A stretch of DNA of 42,492 bases from Candidatus Woesearchaeota archaeon (GCA_018658955.1 JABIPM010000012.1:1-42492), one strand, 5' to 3'. Numbered from the stretch's first letter, positions 17,498 to 27,754 are shown. Numbers and translations are program-made. The notes: generated from the letters alone by a model not told the origin.

Positions 17498-18925
17498 ATG
17501 GATAAAATTAGAACAGGTTTAACCTTCTCGGATGTATTATTAGTTCCTAAAAGAACGCCATTGTCCTCTAGAAGTGAAGCAGATACTAAAACAAAGATAA
17601 CAAAAAACGTTTCTCTAAACAATCCATTGGTTAGTTCTAATATGGCCACAGTTACAGAACATAAAATGGCAATTGCCATGGCAAGAGAAGGAGGGATAGG
17701 CGTAATTCATCAATTTGAAACCATTGAATCCCAAGTAGCAGAAGTAAAAAAAGTAAAAAGAAGCACGAGTTACATAATTGAAGATCCAATAACTGCACCT
17801 TCAAATTTAACATTAAATGATGCAGAAGATTTGATGGAGAGAGAAGGAGTAAATAGTTTATTAGTAGTCGAAAATGAAAAACTAATAGGAATTTTATGTC
17901 ATCGAGATTATGTTTTTGAAACAAATAAACAACAAAAAATCTCAAAATTAATGACCCAAGAAAAAAACTTAATTGCGGCAGATCCAAAAATAACTTTAGA
18001 AGCTGCAAAAGAAGCATTGCACAAACATAAAATAGAAAAAATACCTTTATTAGAAAAAGGAAAAGTAGTAGGATTGATTACTGCAAAAGATATTCAAGTT
18101 TCAGAATATTGGCCAAATGCTTCAAGGGATAAAAAGGGAAGATTGAGAGTTGCTGCGGCAGTAGGTGTTAGAGATACATTAGAAAGAGCAACAGCATTAG
18201 TTAATGCAGGAGTTGATTTAATAGTTCTTGATGTTGCACATGCACATTCAGATTTTGTAATCAAACAATTAAAAAAAATTAAATCAAAATTAAAAGTAGA
18301 TGTTCTTGTAGGAAATATTGCAACCCAAACTGCAGCTAAAGATTTAATCAACGCGGGTGCAGACGGATTAAAGGTTGGAATCGGCCCAAGTCCAGTTTGT
18401 ACAACAAGGATTATTTCAGGTAGTGGAATACCTCAATTAACTGCAATAATGGACGTGGTTTCGGTAGCATCTAAACATAAAATTCCAGTTTGTGCAGACG
18501 GAGGAATGACTTACCCAGGAGATATTTCAAAAGCAATTGCTGCAGGCGCAGATACTATTTGTTCGGGTTCTTTTTTCGCAGGAACAGATGAAGCACCAGG
18601 ATATATCATCATGAAAGATGGAAAAAGGTACAAAAGATATATTGGGAGTGCATCATACGATTCAAATCATGAAAGAAAAGAAAAATTAACAAAAAGAAAA
18701 TACAAAAACAAAATAGATGTATTCGTTGAAGGAGTATCAAATTTAGTAGACTATAAGGGGTCAGTAGATCAAATAATCAAATCTTTACTCAAAGGATTGA
18801 GAAGCGGAATCAGCTATACCGGTGCAAAAAACATCAAAGAAATGCAAAAAAATTCTGAATTTATTCGAGTTACTTCTAGTGGCTGGCAAGAAAGCCTTTC
18901 AAGAGGTAAAAAACTTTCTGAATAA
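17498..18925 (+). CDS. guaB: IMP dehydrogenase (with CBS pair)
   Basis: GLTFSDVLLVP, SSNMATVTE, an inserted CBS-pair region, catalytic loop VGIGPSPVCTTR, ADGG, GSFFAG. Confidence 0.9.
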   Translation: MDKIRTGLTFSDVLLVPKRTPLSSRSEADTKTKITKNVSLNNPLVSSNMATVTEHKMAIAMAREGGIGVIHQFETIESQVAEVKKVKRSTSYIIEDPITAPSNLTLNDAEDLMEREGVNSLLVVENEKLIGILCHRDYVFETNKQQKISKLMTQEKNLIAADPKITLEAAKEALHKHKIEKIPLLEKGKVVGLITAKDIQVSEYWPNASRDKKGRLRVAAAVGVRDTLERATALVNAGVDLIVLDVAHAHSDFVIKQLKKIKSKLKVDVLVGNIATQTAAKDLINAGADGLKVGIGPSPVCTTRIISGSGIPQLTAIMDVVSVASKHKIPVCADGGMTYPGDISKAIAAGADTICSGSFFAGTDEAPGYIIMKDGKRYKRYIGSASYDSNHERKEKLTKRKYKNKIDVFVEGVSNLVDYKGSVDQIIKSLLKGLRSGISYTGAKNIKEMQKNSEFIRVTSSGWQESLSRGKKLSE

Positions 18926-18956
18926 GTTTTTAAACTCAAATTAAATCAATTATTCT

Positions 18957-19391
18957 ATGAAAACTGAAATTATCTGTGTAGGAAGAATAAAAGAGAACTA
19001 TATGAAATCGGCAATTGACACATACATAGAAAGATTAAGACCTTACTGCAAATTAGAGATAATTGAAGTTAAAGATTCAGATAAAGAAAAAGAATCAGAA
19101 AAAATATTAGAACTTTTAGAAAAAAGAAGTAACTCAAAAATAATCACTCTTTCCGAAGAAGGTGATCAATTTTCTTCAATAAATTTCTCAGAAAACTTCA
19201 AAAATCAAGAACAAGATTTAGTTTTCATAATTGGCGGTGCAGACGGATTAACTGATAAAGTTAAACAAGCATCAAACAAAGTATTGTCATTATCTGGGAT
19301 GACATTTTTACATGACATGGCAAGATTATTTTTAATTGAACAAATTTACAGATCATACAAAATAATTAAAGGAGAACCATACCACAAATGA
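18957..19391 (+). CDS. rlmH: 23S rRNA (pseudouridine-N3)-methyltransferase RlmH (SPOUT)
   Basis: It aligns along its length with E. coli RlmH from memory (VGRIK..Y..R, ITLSEEG, FIIGGADGL, LSLSGMTFLH, EQIYRSYKI..GEPYHK). Confidence 0.8.
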   Translation: MKTEIICVGRIKENYMKSAIDTYIERLRPYCKLEIIEVKDSDKEKESEKILELLEKRSNSKIITLSEEGDQFSSINFSENFKNQEQDLVFIIGGADGLTDKVKQASNKVLSLSGMTFLHDMARLFLIEQIYRSYKIIKGEPYHK

Positions 19392-20017
19392 TTGGAGAAT
19401 TATTAACCGCATTAGTGGCATTCTTAACATCTACAGTTGGTTCATGGGGATATTTAGGAATATTTTTATTAATGACTATTGAAAGTTCATTTATTCCCTT
19501 TCCTAGCGAAGTAGTTTTAGTTCCAGCAGGAATCTTAATTACTACTGGTGAAATGAGTTTAATACCTGTAGCATTAGCTGCACTTTTAGGAAGTGTATTA
19601 GGTGCATTCATAAATTATTTTTTAGCATTACATTTAGGAAGGAAATTCATTCACCAATCAGTCAAAAAATACGGAAAAGCATTATTATTAGCAGAATCAG
19701 CAATAGATAAATCTGAAAAGTATTTCAAAAAACATGGTGAATTAACCATTTTTATTGGAAGATTGATTCCAGGAATAAGACAATTAATTTCTCTTCCTGC
19801 AGGATTTGCAAGAATGAACTTATTCAAATTCACATTATTTACATTATTAGGGGCAGGAATTTGGGCAGGAATTTTGATTTATTTAGGAATAGTATTTGGC
19901 AATAACATGGACTTATTAAATGAAAATATTAAATTATTTTCTTCAGTAGTTCTAAGCATCGGTGCATTAGTAATTGGAACTTATTTCATTTGGCATCAAA
20001 AACACAAAAACTGCTGA
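19388..20017 (+). CDS. DedA family membrane protein
   Basis: DedA signature ESSFIPFPSEVVLVPAG and GRLIPGIRQLISLPAG. Multiple TM helices. ATGA overlap with rlmH. Confidence 0.85.
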   Translation: MIGELLTALVAFLTSTVGSWGYLGIFLLMTIESSFIPFPSEVVLVPAGILITTGEMSLIPVALAALLGSVLGAFINYFLALHLGRKFIHQSVKKYGKALLLAESAIDKSEKYFKKHGELTIFIGRLIPGIRQLISLPAGFARMNLFKFTLFTLLGAGIWAGILIYLGIVFGNNMDLLNENIKLFSSVVLSIGALVIGTYFIWHQKHKNC

Positions 20018-20055
20018 ACAGCAATACTTAATAATTTAGCCTTCTTCTTTAATTC

Positions 20056-20454
20056 ATGTCAGAATCAACAAAAAACGCATTAAAATTTAGAATTAATACT
20101 ATTTATCGCATATATCTCCTATTAAATTATTATCAATCAAGTCTTCTAAAAAATTCCCCACCAACACCCGAACATTTAGAAAAACTAAATCAAGTTAAAC
20201 AATTAATATTAACATCCACAGAACCACACGTTCAACAAATTTCTGCAATACAAGATAGGACCTTACATTCTAATGATTATATTGATCCACTAAAAATATC
20301 TGCAGATACATTAAGTACGGAATTCTTCTTTCAATCACAACCAAGAATCGAAGAAATATTAAAAATTTATGAAACTAACATCAGAGGATTAATAGATGAA
20401 TTTCAAATTAGTCCAATGGATCAAATGAAATTAACCAAAATTAGTTTTATTTAG
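20056..20454 (+). CDS. hypothetical protein
   Basis: 132-aa ORF with no recognised motif. Confidence 0.42.
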   Translation: MSESTKNALKFRINTIYRIYLLLNYYQSSLLKNSPPTPEHLEKLNQVKQLILTSTEPHVQQISAIQDRTLHSNDYIDPLKISADTLSTEFFFQSQPRIEEILKIYETNIRGLIDEFQISPMDQMKLTKISFI

Positions 20455-20805
20455 TTACTCAAATCTTCTTTCAGATTCCCAACTCTTAAATCCTTGATGA
20501 TATTTGCCTGCTTCTGAAGCATAACCATACTTGTAAGGATTTCCTCCATAAACATTTCTTCTAGCAGAATAATACTCTCCAGAATTCCAACCACTCCATT
20601 GATTGTAACTTCCACATCTACTATAATGTCCATGATAACCTGGGCAACTACCTACAGAATATCCGTAATTTCCACCATAATTATTTTGATAAGTATTAAC
20701 TCCATATGAAGGCCAAAAACCCCACCCGGACCAAGCACTAACTTCTGAAACACCAATTAGGCCAAAAACCATCAACATTCCAAGTAAAACTAATATTTTT
20801 TTCAT
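20455..20805 (-). CDS. small secreted Gly/Tyr/Trp/Asn-rich protein
   Basis: Signal peptide MKKILVLLGMLMVFGLIGVSEVSA, followed by low-complexity aromatic/Gly sequence (WSGWGFWPSYG, NNYGGNYGYS, YGGNPYKYGY). Confidence 0.55.
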   Translation of the reverse strand: MKKILVLLGMLMVFGLIGVSEVSAWSGWGFWPSYGVNTYQNNYGGNYGYSVGSCPGYHGHYSRCGSYNQWSGWNSGEYYSARRNVYGGNPYKYGYASEAGKYHQGFKSWESERRFE

Positions 20806-20878
20806 AATTGATAGTAGAAAAGCAATTATTTAAATCTTTCTTTTGTAACCACCAGTAAATGATAAATTAACAAAGATT

Positions 20879-21202
20879 TCAATTATTGATAATAATTTTA
20901 CCACTTACTTCTTTTACAGTTTCACTTTTAACAACTTTCCAATAAAAATCAATAAAATCATTAACAACTTTATTATTCTTATTTAATTTATACATCTTAG
21001 CCTTACCAACAACCCTATTTAACTCAACTATACCCAATTTTTCTAAGTCCTTCCACATTAATTGCAATGTAGAATAACTAACACCTGAATTTTTAGCAAT
21101 ATCAGTTAATGAGTAATCAAATTGATCATAAACTACTAAAAAATCAAGAATTTTATTTATAGGTGACTCTCCAAATATGTTTAAATATATTGTTTTACTC
21201 AT
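20879..21202 (-). CDS. winged-helix DNA-binding protein
   Basis: HTH segment SLTDIAKNSGVSYSTLQLMWKDLEKLGIV followed by a wing (GKAKMYKLN). Confidence 0.6.
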   Translation of the reverse strand: MSKTIYLNIFGESPINKILDFLVVYDQFDYSLTDIAKNSGVSYSTLQLMWKDLEKLGIVELNRVVGKAKMYKLNKNNKVVNDFIDFYWKVVKSETVKEVSGKIIINN

Positions 21203-21441
21203 TCTATTTTCTCCAAAATTTCTGCCATTTTTTTCTTATTCAATTGAATTGCATTTTTAGAACGGGAATACCATTGAATTAAATTTTTTCTTATCAGATT
21301 ATTAATTGCTTTTTTGATATTCCCTCGTTCACTTACAGGAAAGCCAGAACGTATCAACGTTTGAATTCTTTTATGATTTGATCCCCAAATTCGTTTAACA
21401 ACCATAACTCTAAGCACTGCTTTCTCATAATCTAAATTCAT
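21199..21441 (-). CDS. small winged-helix-like protein
   Basis: 80 aa, basic, with an IKKAINNLIRKNLIQW recognition-helix-like segment. 4-nt overlap with the downstream wHTH gene. Confidence 0.42.
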   Translation of the reverse strand: MNLDYEKAVLRVMVVKRIWGSNHKRIQTLIRSGFPVSERGNIKKAINNLIRKNLIQWYSRSKNAIQLNKKKMAEILEKIE

Positions 21442-21624
21442 TTTATTATATAAATATTGCTATTTTAACATAATATTATCTTAAGATTGAAATTTAACAA
21501 CCTTTCACTTTAATTATAGATAAAACAGATATTCTAAAATTTAAGAACTTCGCCCAGTTTTTTCCACAATACTTCCGAAAATCAATCTAAAAAACTATTT
21601 AAATCAAAAATAAAACTCAATTTT

Positions 21625-22209
21625 ATGAAAAAACAAACAATAACCTCATTATTATTCATATTTCTAACAGGATTAGTATTTTTAAACAATAAGCAACCAT
21701 TCAATATTGATTTAATCATTAATGCATTTCAATTTCCAATATCGATATTACCCTTTTTACAATTCATTAGCAACATAACAGAAACCATACCTATTGCAAT
21801 AGCCACACTACTCATTTTCTTTTATTTAAGAAAAAATAACAAAATAAAACAGTCTTTATTCGCATTAATTATTTTAATCGGTGCGATATTAGTAAAAACA
21901 CTAAAATTAACCATCTCAAGAGCAAGGCCAGAAAATATAGACTACCAAAGTTTTCCAAGTGGACATGTAACTATGACTACTGTATTTTGTTTAGTTCTTT
22001 ACCTAACAATAATTAAAGATATTAAAAACAAAACAAAAAAAACTATCTCAACAATACTAATCGTTTTATTGCCAATTTTAGTTGGGATCTCAAGGTTAGC
22101 ATTAAACCACCATTGGCTTACAGATGTAATTGCAGGATTATTACTAGGAATATCTGTATCATTAATTGGATATTCTTATATTTCCAACCCCCATAAGTTA
22201 TTTAAATAA
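21625..22209 (+). CDS. PAP2-family membrane phosphatase
   Basis: Tripartite PAP2 motif: KLTISRARP, PSGH, SRLALNHHWLTDV. Multiple TM helices. Confidence 0.8.
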   Translation: MKKQTITSLLFIFLTGLVFLNNKQPFNIDLIINAFQFPISILPFLQFISNITETIPIAIATLLIFFYLRKNNKIKQSLFALIILIGAILVKTLKLTISRARPENIDYQSFPSGHVTMTTVFCLVLYLTIIKDIKNKTKKTISTILIVLLPILVGISRLALNHHWLTDVIAGLLLGISVSLIGYSYISNPHKLFK

Positions 22210-22229
22210 TGCAATAGTAAATTCTACAC

Positions 22230-23942
22230 ATGAATACAAAAGGGATACAGGATTATGAACTAAGGCATAGTGCTTCTCATTTAATGGCTTCAGCAGTCAA
22301 AGAACTGTACCCCAATGTAAAAATAGCTATTGGCCCAGCAATTCAAGACGGTTTCTACTATGATTTTGACAATCTAGAAATCTCTGACTCTGATCTAAAG
22401 AAAATAGAGAAAAAAATGAGGCAGATAGCAGAAAAAAATCTTTCTTTTGAAAAATCAGAATCAAATTCAGCAGAAGCTAAAAAAATTCTAAAAGATGAAC
22501 CTTACAAATCCGAATTACTTAAATCTCTAAAAGGGAAAATCACATTCTATAAACATGGAGATTTCACAGATATGTGTGAAGGACCTCATGTAAAAACAAC
22601 CAAAGAAATTAGACATTTCAAATTAACTAAATTAGCAGGGGCATATTGGAAAGGAAATTCAGCTAACAAAATGCTTACTAGAATTTATGGAATAGTTTTC
22701 AAAACAGAAAAAGAACTAAAGGATTATTTACAGTTAATAGAAGAAGCTAAAAAAAGAGATCATGTGAAACTAGGAAAAGAACTAAACCTTTTCTCATTAC
22801 ATCCCGAGGGTCCAGGTTTTCCATTCTGGCATCCCAAAGGAACAATCCTATTTAATGAATTAAAAAATTATTTAACAAATCAAAATCATAAAAGAAACTA
22901 TGACGAAATCATGACTCCCCAGATTCTAAATGAAGAGTTATGGCATAAATCTGGACATTACGAAAATTTCAAAGAAAATATGTATTTTGTGGACATTGAT
23001 AATAAGTCTTACGCAGTTAAACCAATGAACTGTCCAGGAGGATTATTAATTTACAAAAAAGGCTTACATTCTTACAGACAATTACCAATTAAAAATGCAG
23101 AATTTGGATTAGTCCATAGACATGAACTTTCAGGAGTTTTACATGGCCTATTTAGGGCTAGATCATTCACACAAGATGATGCGCATGTTTTCTGTACACC
23201 TGAACAATTACAAACTGAAATTGAAGATTGTATCGAATACATTCAAGAGACATACAAAGACTTTGGATTCAAAGAAATATTAACATTTATTGCAACCCAA
23301 CCAGAAAAATCAATAGGTTCAAAACAAGATTGGGACTTAGCAACAAAATCATTAGAAAAATCATTAGATACATGTAAATTAAAATATAAAATAAAAGAAG
23401 GAGAAGGTGCATTCTATGGTCCTAAAATTGAATTTAACATCAAAGATGCATTAGGAAGATTGTGGCAATGTGGAACAATACAAATAGATTTTTCAATGCC
23501 AAGAAGATTTGAAGCAACTTACGAAGCAAAAGACAATTCAAAACAAACACCAATCATGATCCACCGAGCAGTTGTAGGTTCATTAGAAAGATTTACGGGG
23601 ATATTAATTGAGCATTACGCAGGAAAGTTCCCATTATGGTTAAGTCCTGAACAAGTAAGAGTATTAACAGTTACAGAAAAGAACGATAAATACGCTAAAG
23701 AAATATTCAAAGAATTAAAAGAAGCAGGGTTAAGAGTTTCTTTAGACATCAAACCAAATTCAATTAGTAAAAAAGTAAGAGAAGCACAACTAGAAAAAGT
23801 AAATTACATGGTTACTATTGGAGATAAAGAACAAGAAAAAAACACATTAGCAATTAGAACAAGAGAAGGAAAGGTTAAATTCGAAGTAAAAATTGATGAT
23901 TTCATCAAAGAACTAAAACAAGAAATAACTAAAAAACAATGA
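22230..23942 (+). CDS. thrS: threonine--tRNA ligase (bacterial/eukaryotic-type N2 editing domain, no TGS domain)
   Basis: RHSASHLMASAV..IGPAIQDGFYYDF and MCEGPHV (editing-domain HxxxH/CxxxH). Class II core FRARSFTQDDAHVFC, GEGAFYGPKIEF, QCGTIQIDF, HRAVVGSLERF. C-terminal anticodon-binding domain. Confidence 0.93.
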   Translation: MNTKGIQDYELRHSASHLMASAVKELYPNVKIAIGPAIQDGFYYDFDNLEISDSDLKKIEKKMRQIAEKNLSFEKSESNSAEAKKILKDEPYKSELLKSLKGKITFYKHGDFTDMCEGPHVKTTKEIRHFKLTKLAGAYWKGNSANKMLTRIYGIVFKTEKELKDYLQLIEEAKKRDHVKLGKELNLFSLHPEGPGFPFWHPKGTILFNELKNYLTNQNHKRNYDEIMTPQILNEELWHKSGHYENFKENMYFVDIDNKSYAVKPMNCPGGLLIYKKGLHSYRQLPIKNAEFGLVHRHELSGVLHGLFRARSFTQDDAHVFCTPEQLQTEIEDCIEYIQETYKDFGFKEILTFIATQPEKSIGSKQDWDLATKSLEKSLDTCKLKYKIKEGEGAFYGPKIEFNIKDALGRLWQCGTIQIDFSMPRRFEATYEAKDNSKQTPIMIHRAVVGSLERFTGILIEHYAGKFPLWLSPEQVRVLTVTEKNDKYAKEIFKELKEAGLRVSLDIKPNSISKKVREAQLEKVNYMVTIGDKEQEKNTLAIRTREGKVKFEVKIDDFIKELKQEITKKQ

Positions 23943-24508
23943 TAGAACCAAAAAAAGATATTGAAAGATTAAAGAATTCTAGTTTATACAAAGATTGGAA
24001 AGAAACACATAAAGAATCTTACCTTTCAGATTTCTTCTGTGTGTTAGATAAAGAATCCAGTGATGATAATCTCTGGCAAATAGACTATTACAACCCAAAA
24101 CAAGATACTATAACTTCATTTGAACTTCCTGCAGATAAAAGGAAAAGTCCAAAACTAAAAGAAGAAAATTCAAAAATATTCAAAAAAGAAGGAGATGCTG
24201 TTCAAGAATTATCATTATCAGAATTAGGATGGAGTGATGAAAACGTAATCCAAGTTGCAAAAGAATCATTAAATGAACAATTTCCTGGGGAAGCTCCAAT
24301 GAAAACAATCTTAATTCTACAACATAGTAGAGACTACGATAAACCCATCTGGAACCTAACTTTTATGACTTCAGCATTAAATATGTTCAATGCAAGAATA
24401 GATGCTAAGAACGGAAAGATAATTGATTCTTCACTCAAATCTGCAATGTCTTTAAAGAAAGAAATTTTACCCGGAACAACTAAAGACGATAGACCTAAAG
24501 CAAGTTAG
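23939..24508 (+). CDS. hypothetical protein (possibly PepSY-like repeats)
   Basis: 189 aa with an ATGA overlap with thrS. WQIDYYNP and WNLTFMT...ARIDAKNGKII resemble PepSY-type beta segments (weak). Confidence 0.45.
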   Translation: MIEPKKDIERLKNSSLYKDWKETHKESYLSDFFCVLDKESSDDNLWQIDYYNPKQDTITSFELPADKRKSPKLKEENSKIFKKEGDAVQELSLSELGWSDENVIQVAKESLNEQFPGEAPMKTILILQHSRDYDKPIWNLTFMTSALNMFNARIDAKNGKIIDSSLKSAMSLKKEILPGTTKDDRPKAS

Positions 24509-25146
24509 TTGCTTTTAGTCACATTATTTTTAGGACAAATCTTATTCAACACACACTCACTACAACTGGGTGTTGGTGCTTTGCAAACTGCACGCCCATG
24601 CAAAACTAAAACATGATTAAGTTCTAACCAATATTTGTTATCAATTATTTTCATTAGATCTTGTTCAATTTTATCTGGATTGATATTTTTAGTAAATCCT
24701 AATCTAAAACTTATTCTTTTAACATGCGTATCAACTGCAATGCCTGCTGCTATTCCAAACCAATTACTCAATACAATATTTGCAGTCTTTCTTGCAACTC
24801 CATGCAATTTCAAAAGATCTTTCATTTTGGAAGGAACTTTTCCGTTAAATTCTTCCACCAATAATTTACAAGTTTTTCTAATATTTTTAGCTTTATTTCT
24901 GAATAATCCAATGGATCTAATGTCATTTTGTAATTCTTCTAGCTTAGAATTAGCATAATTTTCCGCAGTTTTATATTTCTTAAATAAATTTTTAGTAACA
25001 ATATTAACTCTTTTATCTGTACATTGTGCAGACAAAATTGTAGATATTAATAATTCTAAAGAATTTTTATGGTTCAATGCCACCTTTTTCTCCGGGTATT
25101 CTTTATCTAAAATTCTAAGAACTTTTTTAACATATTTTTCATCCAT
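24505..25146 (-). CDS. nth: endonuclease III (HhH-GPD DNA glycosylase with Fe-S cluster loop)
   Basis: LISTILSAQCTD, HhH LLKLHGVARKTANIVL, VDTHV, and C-terminal C-x6-C-x2-C-x5-C (CKAPTPSCSECVLNKIC). Confidence 0.9.
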   Translation of the reverse strand: MDEKYVKKVLRILDKEYPEKKVALNHKNSLELLISTILSAQCTDKRVNIVTKNLFKKYKTAENYANSKLEELQNDIRSIGLFRNKAKNIRKTCKLLVEEFNGKVPSKMKDLLKLHGVARKTANIVLSNWFGIAAGIAVDTHVKRISFRLGFTKNINPDKIEQDLMKIIDNKYWLELNHVLVLHGRAVCKAPTPSCSECVLNKICPKNNVTKSN

Positions 25147-25268
25147 ATATCCTCAAATTCAACAACTTATTTAATTCTTTTGAATTCTAAATCTCAAAAA
25201 TATCGCATCCTTACACCAGTTACACACCATTTCAAAACACTTATATACTGGAGTATATATGTTATCGC

Positions 25269-25919
25269 ATGCCTACAAAACAAAAAAAAGAAAGGATGAC
25301 AGAATATCTTGCTAATAGTTTAACTGCTGCAGGACACAGTGTAAAAGACTTTGAAATAGCAATAGATAATGGAAATTTACCCATAAGATATTTAATATTA
25401 GATGACGAAAAAGAAAAAAGCGTATTCTTAATTGATGATTCAAAAAATTATAATGAAAGAAACACGGAACAATTAGTAGACACCATAAGAAGATCAGGTA
25501 TAAAAAAACCAGGTTTTGTGATTTACAAAGATGGAAAACAATTTTTTAGATGTCCTGAATCAAGTGATAATGATTTAATGGCATTGAATAAATTATTAAG
25601 ACCCAACAGAAGTTTAAAAAATTACATGGATAGGGCCCCTGGAGAATTTATTCTTCCAACAAAAGCAGAAAAAAGACTAAAGAAAAGTGGATTTTTACAA
25701 TACTATCAGCCAGAATCAGAAAGATTAGATGAAATGTTAGTAACTTTTGGTTTTGACATTCCCCTTTTAGATTATACTCATATTAATCCCAGAGATAGAA
25801 TTGGTCCAAGAACCAAACTTTCTGAAAAATATTTTTTAATTGAAAACAGATTCAACATGCCAGGTGCATTAGAATTAGATATTGAAAAAGACGGTTTTTT
25901 AAGAAATCCTAAAAACTAA
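25269..25919 (+). CDS. hypothetical protein
   Basis: 216-aa ORF with a TATA-like box about 20 nt upstream. No motif recognised. Confidence 0.5.
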   Translation: MPTKQKKERMTEYLANSLTAAGHSVKDFEIAIDNGNLPIRYLILDDEKEKSVFLIDDSKNYNERNTEQLVDTIRRSGIKKPGFVIYKDGKQFFRCPESSDNDLMALNKLLRPNRSLKNYMDRAPGEFILPTKAEKRLKKSGFLQYYQPESERLDEMLVTFGFDIPLLDYTHINPRDRIGPRTKLSEKYFLIENRFNMPGALELDIEKDGFLRNPKN

Positions 25920-26124
25920 TCACTTTTTTCTTGGATTTTAACCCTTTAATTATTTTTATTGGAGACTTATATTTTCTTGTAAAGAATTTAACAATTTCAA
26001 AATTAGCTTTACCATTCTCAGGAACACCCTTAACATTAACATAAAAAACATCTTCACTTTCAGAAATTATTTCGGTTTTTTTACAACCTGTTCGCTTAAC
26101 ATAAATTTCAACGGTTTTAACCAT
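25909..26124 (-). CDS. DUF167 (YggU)-like small protein
   Basis: VKGVPENGKANFEIVKFFTRKYKSPIKIIKGLKSKKKVI matches the DUF167 pattern (GKAN...G..S..K). Confidence 0.55.
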   Translation of the reverse strand: MVKTVEIYVKRTGCKKTEIISESEDVFYVNVKGVPENGKANFEIVKFFTRKYKSPIKIIKGLKSKKKVISF

Positions 26125-26214
26125 AACATAAAATTTAACTCAGATAAGCTTAAAATCTTTTCTAAAAAAATAAAACGAATAAGTTATTTAAACAATTAAA
26201 CACAATCAATATAC

Positions 26215-26460
26215 ATGGAATACAAACAATTAATTATTTCATCAGGTGATGAAACAGGTTCATTTAGATATAGGGTGATGGGCGAAGAAGATGTCTATTA
26301 CACAAAAGGATTAGCAGACTTAGTTGATCAAATTAAAGACGTAAATGTTGATTACTTATTTGAAACTCCAATTTATACTAGAATAACTAAAGAAGATAAA
26401 GAAATTTTAGAAGGTATACGGAACAGATTAGTAAACGACGATTTAGAATATAGGGTTTAA
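26215..26460 (+). CDS. hypothetical protein
   Basis: 81-aa acidic ORF with no motif. Confidence 0.4.
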   Translation: MEYKQLIISSGDETGSFRYRVMGEEDVYYTKGLADLVDQIKDVNVDYLFETPIYTRITKEDKEILEGIRNRLVNDDLEYRV

Positions 26461-26506
26461 AGTTTGTTTCGTAATCATTATAATTATAAGATTTAAACTT
26501 GAGTAG

Positions 26507-27754
26507 TTAGTTTTTAGAAATGCGGATATTACTTGTTTCATCAGTATTAAAATTATATAAAAAACTTAAATCATAATGCGGATATTCGCGTCCCCAAAAT
26601 CCTTGTATTACCCCACTAAGTTCAACGTCAAACTCAATATGAGAATCAGAGCTAGTAGGATTGATGTGTAACTTTTTAAATCTATTATAATAAAAATCAG
26701 GAAGGGAATTAAGTTTAATTATTTTTTCAGTTTTTTGCGGATCCTCATCAAATACATTATTATTAATAATTAACCTAAATTCTAAATCAGTTTCATACTC
26801 ATTTCTTCCAAAAGGCCGGTTTTTAAATCTAGCATCTGCAAATTCCCCGAATGCATAAAAAAGCATAAGTTCATCTTCATTAACAGGAGAATCTTTGAAA
26901 AGTAAGTGAGATATAGAGGACCAAGCCCCCCCTAAGGTCATCCCCCGTTTATCTTCAAAAGAAGGATCAAAATCACAAATTTTTTTTAAAAGCGCACCAC
27001 TTTCATTTAATCTCCAAAGTTCAGAAGTATGGGGATCATGCTCTGACAAAATTCCAAATTTTTCTTCTAAATTAGACTTAATAATCTCCGGACGGGTATA
27101 AGTTTTAGAATTTCCATCAAAATCAGAGACACAGATATTCCAATATAATGTATTAACTCCTTTTTTTTCTACTTCATAATAAAAATGTTTTCCATCTGCC
27201 AAAAATGAAGGTTTAACTTCATTTAATTCAGGAGTATAAGTTAATTTTCTAACTTTTTCCCATTCATAATTTTCATTTTCTATTGCAGAATAAATATCTT
27301 TTTGGCCATTGAAATCTAAACAAAACAATAACTTATTTCCAGCTCTTGATACATCTGATACACGCGAATCAAACCTTAAATTATTAGCATCTACGGCCAT
27401 TTCTTTTTCAACAATAATTGGTTGATTATTCCCAGAATTTCCTCCACCATATACATTAACATTTGGTGCACCCATTTTAGCACGATTATTTTCTGAAATA
27501 GAATTTGATAAGGACATAACTCCGCTCAATCCAGCGGCTTGTTCAGCAGTCTTAGCTAACCCTCCTGCACCAGCCATAGAAGCTACAGCGTGCACATAAT
27601 CGGAAGTTTGTGCCCCTTGACAAGAATATAAAGGAAATAATAAAGAACTTCCAATTAAAACATTTTTACAAGTATTTTTAATTTTTTGTTCCAAACCCAT
27701 GTCTAAAATAGAGGTTAAAGGATATATAAGCGTTCCTACTTTATAAGCAATCAA
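26507..27754 (-). CDS. hypothetical secreted/lipoprotein-like protein
   Basis: N-terminal hydrophobic segment ending LLFPLYSC (lipobox-like), Gly/Ala/Asn-rich linker, then a beta-rich domain. 4-nt overlap with dph5. Confidence 0.5.
   Translation of the reverse strand: MIAYKVGTLIYPLTSILDMGLEQKIKNTCKNVLIGSSLLFPLYSCQGAQTSDYVHAVASMAGAGGLAKTAEQAAGLSGVMSLSNSISENNRAKMGAPNVNVYGGGNSGNNQPIIVEKEMAVDANNLRFDSRVSDVSRAGNKLLFCLDFNGQKDIYSAIENENYEWEKVRKLTYTPELNEVKPSFLADGKHFYYEVEKKGVNTLYWNICVSDFDGNSKTYTRPEIIKSNLEEKFGILSEHDPHTSELWRLNESGALLKKICDFDPSFEDKRGMTLGGAWSSISHLLFKDSPVNEDELMLFYAFGEFADARFKNRPFGRNEYETDLEFRLIINNNVFDEDPQKTEKIIKLNSLPDFYYNRFKKLHINPTSSDSHIEFDVELSGVIQGFWGREYPHYDLSFLYNFNTDETSNIRISKN

Noticed and set aside
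20451-20633. 60-aa minus-strand ORF in an alternative frame of the Gly/Tyr-rich secreted protein gene.
   Set aside because: It lies on the same strand as, and almost entirely inside, the longer 116-aa ORF (20455-20805), which has a textbook signal peptide. The shorter frame has no features of its own.
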